Source of the DNA: Lama guanicoe
Lineage: Eukaryota
Length of the DNA stretch: 64,000 nucleotides
Assembly: GCA_013239625.1 (NCBI GenBank)
Contig: MU054338.1
Coordinates: 5,742,724-5,806,723 of the forward strand
Reading direction: 5' to 3'
A program made the position numbers and the translations under genes. The notes beneath the pieces are model-generated. The model worked only from the letters and a program-made list of their open reading frames with translations. It had not been told where the DNA came from and did not search any database. Below, piece by piece: positions 55,282-64,000 of the stretch. Within the stretch, counting starts at the first letter, position 1, and the number at the start of each line of letters is the position of its first letter.

Positions 55282-56190
55282 GTGGAATCCATGTGGATAG
55301 CAAAAGTGTCCTTTTGTATCACTTTTTCTTCTGTAAAATCTCTTTAAGTTAGCAGAATTCAGCTCTTAAAACAAGAAGTTGTCTTATTGAAAGTTATCTC
55401 CTTGGTGTCAGTATTAAGGCATATTCAAGAGTTTGTATATTTTTGGATCTGAAGCTTTCTTGGGAAAATGGTCCAGGTTTTTGTTTTTAAACCAGCATCA
55501 CTGGGCACTGGAAGTCGTATTTAACCCTGTGCTGTTCAAATTGTTCTTCTCTGGAAAATTCTTTACCCACATGGGCTTGGTTTTATTTTTCTTTCTGTAA
55601 TTAAGTGCTCTGCTCAAATATGTCATCAGTCAGGCTCTCCCTAATGTCCTCAACTGAAATTGTAGTTAATTCTTTCCCCCTCTCTCCCTTCTTACTTCTC
55701 TTCCACCTTATCTCCTCTGTCTCATGTCTATTAACCCTTCTCATCAAGATTTTTTTAAAAACTGGGGCAATGACTTTGCTAAGTGAAAACCGGAATCATG
55801 GGTTTGAGTACACAAGTGGCATATATTAAGTGCTGTATAAATGTGAGGATCAAGCAATTTTCCCTGCGGACGGGACACCTTGAGCCTTGAAAAGGGTAGT
55901 GTTGATAATTATGGCAGGACAACAGGAATGAAATGAGATTCATGCTTTCCCCCTTTAAAAATATATCTAAGGACAGAAATGAGAGATTTCAAAAGAAAGA
56001 CGCACTGATGAGCTTTACACTTTAAACAGATTATTGCAACTAGAGTCTTAGACTGGATTACAGAGAAAAAGGATTTGAAATCTTAAGGGCAATTGATTGC
56101 ATTCTACCACAGAAGAGATTATGCCATTACAATTATAGTTGAGTGAACTTATTTGAAAAATTCAGGGAAAAAAGAGGTTTTTTGGAAGTT

Positions 56191-56428
56191 ACCAAGCCCA
56201 TAAATACCAACAACCGTACACCTCGTGGCTTTTTCTCTTGCCTCTCTCTTGCTTTTTGAGATGCCCAACACCCTTGTCATTGGACCGTGTATCTACTTTT
56301 ACTTTAAACCCCACCCCTACACCTCGTGGCCTCTCTGGCCTTCTGAGACTGCCTACGCTCTGTCTATGGAGCGTGTATCCTCTGAATATACCTACCTTCA
56401 CTCTAAAAAATAATAGAAAAGAAAAAAG
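56191..56428 (+). mobile_element. LTR U3/R fragment with A-rich tail in the retrogene-B intron; copies at about 51019 and 61256
   Basis: GCCCATAAATACC...CCTCGTGGC...TGTATCTACTTTTACT resembles the reverse complement of the 41.4-42.0 kb LTR. It ends AAAAAATAATAGAAAAGAAAAAA and is absent from the paralog A intron. Confidence 0.6.
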
Positions 56429-56925
56429 TTTGAGTTTGAACGATTCCTGAGCATTGCCTAAGAGAAACGCATTAAGTGAATAGTATGTCAATGTAAAACT
56501 TCAAAGTCCACACCAGCCTTCTGTTGACTGATTCTCCAATTTAGTGAGAGAAAAAAAAAAAAAACAATAGAAAATAGATTGTAATACACATCCAATTTTA
56601 AAATAGGAAAAAATTACATTGTAACTGACTGTACTTAAATTTTTTTGAACAATAAATAAATAAAATTAAAAAGTAAAGCTGGAAAAAATTAACAGAAAAC
56701 ATAGTATGAATTTTGATTATTGGATCAGGAAAGGTCACTCTGTGGAACGGTGTTTTGCAGGAAAACTGAAAGGAGCTCGAGATTGATTCAAGGGTAGTGG
56801 CGGCGACAGAGGCAGAAACAGCAGCGCCGGGTCCCCTGCAGGTGCTTCCCGCACATGCTGTTCCTGGACCAGCCGAGGGTCTCCCTGCAGGGCGGGGACC
56901 GGTCAGGTTTGTATTAGTCCCCTGA

Positions 56926-57714
<789 letters not shown>

Positions 57715-59924
57715 TACACGTGGAAGAGGACCAGGAGTAGCAGTTTTGGTGGTAGCCCTGGTGGAGGAGGAGGAGGATGTGGTGGTGGAGGGCCTGGATA
57801 CTCGTCGGAGGATCATCCGGTGGAGAAAACCGTTGTCCAGGAGGCAGTGGAGGAAGTGGGGTTCATGGAGAGACAAGACAACTCAAGCTCCTTTCTATCC
57901 GTCATGGGATTCACTGTTTTATTAGGAGAGGATGAGAGCCCAGAGGTCTCAGAACAGCTTCAGGTTATGGAAATCACAATCTTTAGGAAACTCTTAGTCA
58001 TGCATAAATAGGCAGCGAAATGGCAGCGGACACCAGAGCAGGTGCAGAGAGCCATTTCGTGAATGGACTGGATTATAGGAACAATACCTTCCTGCGGAGG
58101 AAAGACTGTGGGGAAAAAAAATGCTTTTGAGAACGTTTCTTTAACTTTTTAATTGTTGTTTCTTTGGAGTGGTTTCTAAGAGTGTAGAAGCACTCCTGAT
58201 AATGTTGAAAATTCGCAAGTATCGTGTGATGTCTGAAGTCTTTTGCAAGATCTTTCTCTCAAAGTTTTGAAAAGCTATTAGCCAGGATCATGGGGGAATG
58301 AGATGTAACATTATTCCTGTGAAAAACTGAAGTGCCTATGCAGACTGAAGAAGCTGTTGTACATTTAAATGATCTAATAAAAGTCTTTTCAAAAGAAAAA
58401 ACATTTGTAGATTGTCCTCTTTCATTGATAATTTTTGCACTATTTTTGAAATATTTTTCTAGTTTTATTAAATACTGTTAACATATAGCACTATATAAGT
58501 TGAAATTTGCAACATAATGACATGACTTACAATTCATAAAATGATTACCACAATAACTTTAATATTCATCTCTTAGTTACAAAATATTTTTTTCTTACAG
58601 AATTCCTAGGATTTACTCCTTTTTGAGGGAAGGGTAGTGGTGGGGTACGTAGCTTTAATTTTTTTTAATGGAGGTACTGGGGATTGAACCCAGGACCTCG
58701 TGCAAGGAGGGAGCGAAAAAGGGCCATGAGGCGTGGTGTTGCCAGTATTTATGGGCTCGGTAGCTTCACATGCCTACAGGTGTGACCATTCCAGCTACCC
58801 TGGGGAAGGCGCTGCAATTCCCAGGAACTGGGCCACCGCCCATTCTTTAGCCTTGGGACTGTCATGGCTCTTGCGGACATGTTATTTATCACGCTGTTAC
58901 AATGAGCATATAATGAAGCTCAAGGTCTACCAGAAGTCAAACCTCTTAATCCTCAAGGCCAACTGGGAGTTGAATCTTCCACCATCTTGGTGTTGATTGC
59001 TGTCATTCCTTAAAAGGTTGTGCTCTGCCCCCTTCCTGTCTCAGTATTATAGCTCGGAGTCCCATCAAAGGGCCAAGTCTCCTGATCTGGAAGTTGGCAT
59101 TGGGGCCAGGTGGTGTTACAGAAAAAGAAAAGGCACTGTCTCTTTAAGGTCTGGAGATCGAACTTATTCCAGTGCTTTCAAATGCAACCCAAGGGTGCAT
59201 CCCAGGTAACAGAAGCAAAGACAGAAAGAAACCAGTGCAGACTCTCTTCTGGGACGTTCTCCCAAAAAAGAGAAAGGCTAACAGCACAAACTCTAACCCA
59301 GGGTGTTCTGCCCCAGGAAGAGAAAGGCTAACAGCGCAACCTCCATTCTGGAGTGACTGCCAGAAAGAGAAAGTCTAACATTCCAGCATCCTCTTACTTT
59401 GAGAGGCCCCCAAACAGCTCAAGGGCCAAAACCAGTGCAAGGGCTGAAAAGCCAACACAAGGGGCCAAAAAACAAAGAAAAAATGGGGGGGGGCCTCCCA
59501 TCGGCAACTTCTACCTGGCGCAGTGATCAGAGGCAGGAGGCTGGGCGAATCTGGAGACATGATCCACAAAAAACGAAGAGAAGGTGCAGAGGGGCACCCC
59601 GTGGTTGGGCCCAAGAACCAAGGAGAGTCTTGAGGGCCAGAGTCAGAGGAAGGGAGAGATAGAGGAAGAGGGGGATGGAGGAAGGGTATTTAGAAAAGAA
59701 AAGATGCCTTTCCCTTGTGCATTCACCACTACGGGCCGGGGGTTATTTCTGTCACAGATCGAGTTTCAGAGCCCGCTGGGAGTAGCCCAGCCTGGGTTCC
59801 TCAGTCCGCGGCAGGACGTCAGGGCATTTCTGAACACTAGGGGGCAGCAGGAAGGTATAAAAGAGGAAAGGAAAATAGAAGACGGAAGCCTGCCCTGATG
59901 ACCTGGCCTTCAGAGCAGAGAGAT

Positions 59925-60346
59925 AAATTTTTGTATATAGAAACTTCCATCCCTATTTTTGTAGAAGTTATCCATAGTGGGAGAAAAGAAATACTACAAA
60001 GCTGAGAGAAACTACAAATACCGCCCCATACACGTAACACAAATGTGTTGTATTGTTTTCATCTAAGACCGTATACAACAGAGTCAGCAGCCCCATACTA
60101 TTGTCTTCGTGTATAATGATTTAAGAATCTCTGTAATCCCCTTGATCCGAGATAGGGTGTGTCTCAGGATTACCTGCTGATTGGATTGTCCACTCCTTCC
60201 GTAAACGTGCAGTCCGAGGCAGAAGTCACTGCAGTTTCCAGCCAGCCTCCGACGGTCTGCATCTCAGGAGCGGGTCACAGCACAGCCCGGGGACGATGGG
60301 GGGACCTGCGTGCGGCCATTTTCCCCGTCAGCTGATTCTGGTGAGT
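59925..60346 (+). promoter_or_regulatory. promoter and first exon of retrogene B copy 2
   Basis: Donor at 60341 and acceptor ending at 61825. Confidence 0.6.
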
Positions 60347-61990
60347 GTGGAATCCATGTGGATAGCAAAAGTGTCCTTTTGTATCACTTTTTCTTCTGTA
60401 AAATCTCTTTAAGTTAGCAGAATTCAGCTCTTAAAACAAGAAGTTGTCTTATTGAAAGTTATCTCCTTGGTGTCAGTATTAAGGCATATTCAAGAGTTTG
60501 TATATTTTTGGATCTGAAGCTTTCTTGGGAAAATGGTCCAGGTTTTTGTTTTTAAACCAGCATCACTGGGCACTGGAAGTCGTATTTAACCCTGTGCTGT
60601 TCAAATTGTTCTTCTCTGGAAAATTCTTTACCCACATGGGCTTGGTTTTATTTTTCTTTCTGTAATTAAGTGCTCTGCTCAAATATGTCATCAGTCAGGC
60701 TCTCCCTAATGTCCTCAACTGAAATTGTAGTTAATTCTTTCCCCCTCTCTCCCTTCTTACTTCTCTTCCACCTTATCTCCTCTGTCTCATGTCTATTAAC
60801 CCTTCTCATCAAGATTTTTTTAAAAACTGGGGCAATGACTTTGCTAAGTGAAAACCGGAATCATGGGTTTGAGTACACAAGTGGCATATATTAAGTGCTG
60901 TATAAATGTGAGGATCAAGCAATTTTCCCTGCGGACGGGACACCTTGAGCCTTGAAAAGGGTAGTGTTGATAATTATGGCAGGACAACAGGAATGAAATG
61001 AGATTCATGCTTTCCCCCTTTAAAAATATATCTAAGGACAGAAATGAGAGATTTCAAAAGAAAGACGCACTGATGAGCTTTACACTTTAAACAGATTATT
61101 GCAACTAGAGTCTTAGACTGGATTACAGAGAAAAAGGATTTGAAATCTTAAGGGCAATTGATTGCATTCTACCACAGAAGAGATTATGCCATTACAATTA
61201 TAGTTGAGTGAACTTATTTGAAAAATTCAGGGAAAAAAGAGGTTTTTTGGAAGTTACCAAGCCCATAAATACCAACAACCGTACACCTCGTGGCTTTTTC
61301 TCTTGCCTCTCTCTTGCTTTTTGAGATGCCCAACACCCTTGTCATTGGACCGTGTATCTACTTTTACTTTAAACCCCACCCCTACACCTCGTGGCCTCTC
61401 TGGCCTTCTGAGACTGCCTACGCTCTGTCTATGGAGCGTGTATCCTCTGAATATACCTACCTTCACTCTAAAAAATAATAGAAAAGAAAAAAGTTTGAGT
61501 TTGAACGATTCCTGAGCATTGCCTAAGAGAAACGCATTAAGTGAATAGTATGTCAATGTAAAACTTCAAAGTCCACACCAGCCTTCTGTTGACTGATTCT
61601 CCAATTTAGTGAGAGAAAAAAAAAAAAAACAATAGAAAATAGATTGTAATACACATCCAATTTTAAAATAGGAAAAAATTACATTGTAACTGACTGTACT
61701 TAAATTTTTTTGAACAATAAATAAATAAAATTAAAAAGTAAAGCTGGAAAAAATTAACAGAAAACATAGTATGAATTTTGATTATTGGATCAGGAAAGGT
61801 CACTCTGTGGAACGGTGTTTTGCAGGAAAACTGAAAGGAGCTCGAGATTGATTCAAGGGTAGTGGCGGCGACAGAGGCAGAAACAGCAGCGCCGGGTCCC
61901 CTGCAGGTGCTTCCCGCACATGCTGTTCCTGGACCAGCCGAGGGTCTCCCTGCAGGGCGGGGACCGGTCAGGTTTGTATTAGTCCCCTGA

Positions 61991-62779
<789 letters not shown>

Positions 62780-63689
62780 TACACGTGGAAGAGGACCAGG
62801 AGTAGCAGTTTTGGTGGTAGCCCTGGTGGAGGAGGAGGAGGATGTGGTGGTGGAGGGCCTGGATACTCGTCGGAGGATCATCCGGTGGAGAAAACCGTTG
62901 TCCAGGAGGCAGTGGAGGAAGTGGGGTTCATGGAGAGACAAGACAACTCAAGCTCCTTTCTATCCGTCATGGGATTCACTGTTTTATTAGGAGAGGATGA
63001 GAGCCCAGAGGTCTCAGAACAGCTTCAGGTTATGGAAATCACAATCTTTAGGAAACTCTTAGTCATGCATAAATAGGCAGCGAAATGGCAGCGGACACCA
63101 GAGCAGGTGCAGAGAGCCATTTCGTGAATGGACTGGATTATAGGAACAATACCTTCCTGCGGAGGAAAGACTGTGGGGAAAAAAAATGCTTTTGAGAACG
63201 TTTCTTTAACTTTTTAATTGTTGTTTCTTTGGAGTGGTTTCTAAGAGTGTAGAAGCACTCCTGATAATGTTGAAAATTCGCAAGTATCGTGTGATGTCTG
63301 AAGTCTTTTGCAAGATCTTTCTCTCAAAGTTTTGAAAAGCTATTAGCCAGGATCATGGGGGAATGAGATGTAACATTATTCCTGTGAAAAACTGAAGTGC
63401 CTATGCAGACTGAAGAAGCTGTTGTACATTTAAATGATCTAATAAAAGTCTTTTCAAAAGAAAAAACATTTGTAGATTGTCCTCTTTCATTGATAATTTT
63501 TGCACTATTTTTGAAATATTTTTCTAGTTTTATTAAATACTGTTAACATATAGCACTATATAAGTTGAAATTTGCAACATAATGACATGACTTACAATTC
63601 ATAAAATGATTACCACAATAACTTTAATATTCATCTCTTAGTTACAAAATATTTTTTTCTTACAGAATTCCTAGGATTTACTCCTTTTT

Positions 63690-63810
63690 GAGGGAAGGGT
63701 AGTGGTGGGGTACGTAGCTTTAATTTTTTTTAATGGAGGTACTGGGGATTGAACCCAGGACCTCGTGCACCCTAAGCATGCGCTCTACCCCGGAGCTATA
63801 CCCTCCTCCC
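63690..63810 (-). mobile_element. tRNA-derived SINE (Vic-1-like); truncated copy at about 58625-58704
   Basis: GGAGGTACTGGGGATTGAACCCAGGACCTCGTGCAC...GAGCTATACCCTCC. Confidence 0.85.
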
Positions 63811-64000
63811 TTAGAATTTACTCCTCTAACAGCTTTCACATAGAAATACAGCAGTGTGAATTACGGTTTTCTTGTACATTACATCTTTTGCTTTTATTTA
63901 TCTTATAACTGGATGTTTGTGCCTTCTGACATCCTTCATCCTCTTTCTCTTTCCACTAATTCTCTGCCTCTGGTAACTACAAATGATTTTTTTTTATTGG

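Overview
Mammalian, most likely camelid, genomic DNA, judged from repeated tRNA-derived SINEs of the Vic-1 type. It comes from a KRAB-zinc-finger / vomeronasal type 2 receptor (V2R) neighbourhood. The window is built from an old duplicon: a minus-strand KRAB-ZNF promoter with an ATG-only first exon, then a V2R remnant, then a plus-strand HNRNPA2B1-derived retrogene. Two diverged retrogene paralogs are present: type A at 19.3 kb (370 aa, intact) and type B at 56.9 and 62.0 kb (255 aa). Both keep the two RRMs and use a new start codon made from the parental 5'UTR. Both have gained an upstream exon and intron behind a nearly invariant promoter carrying TAATCC sites and a DUX-like site. Both have lost the aromatic prion-like tail and the PY-NLS, by different routes. 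This is the best candidate for an undescribed system: a lineage-specific, possibly early-embryo or germline, RNA-binding retrogene family. The near-identical repeats from 36.8 to 64 kb have junction signatures that suggest a false duplication in the assembly. The rest is V2R pseudogene exons, ERV/LTR, L1 and SINE debris, and an 878-nt N gap. Parent-gene and repeat-family assignments come from remembered sequences, not database searches.
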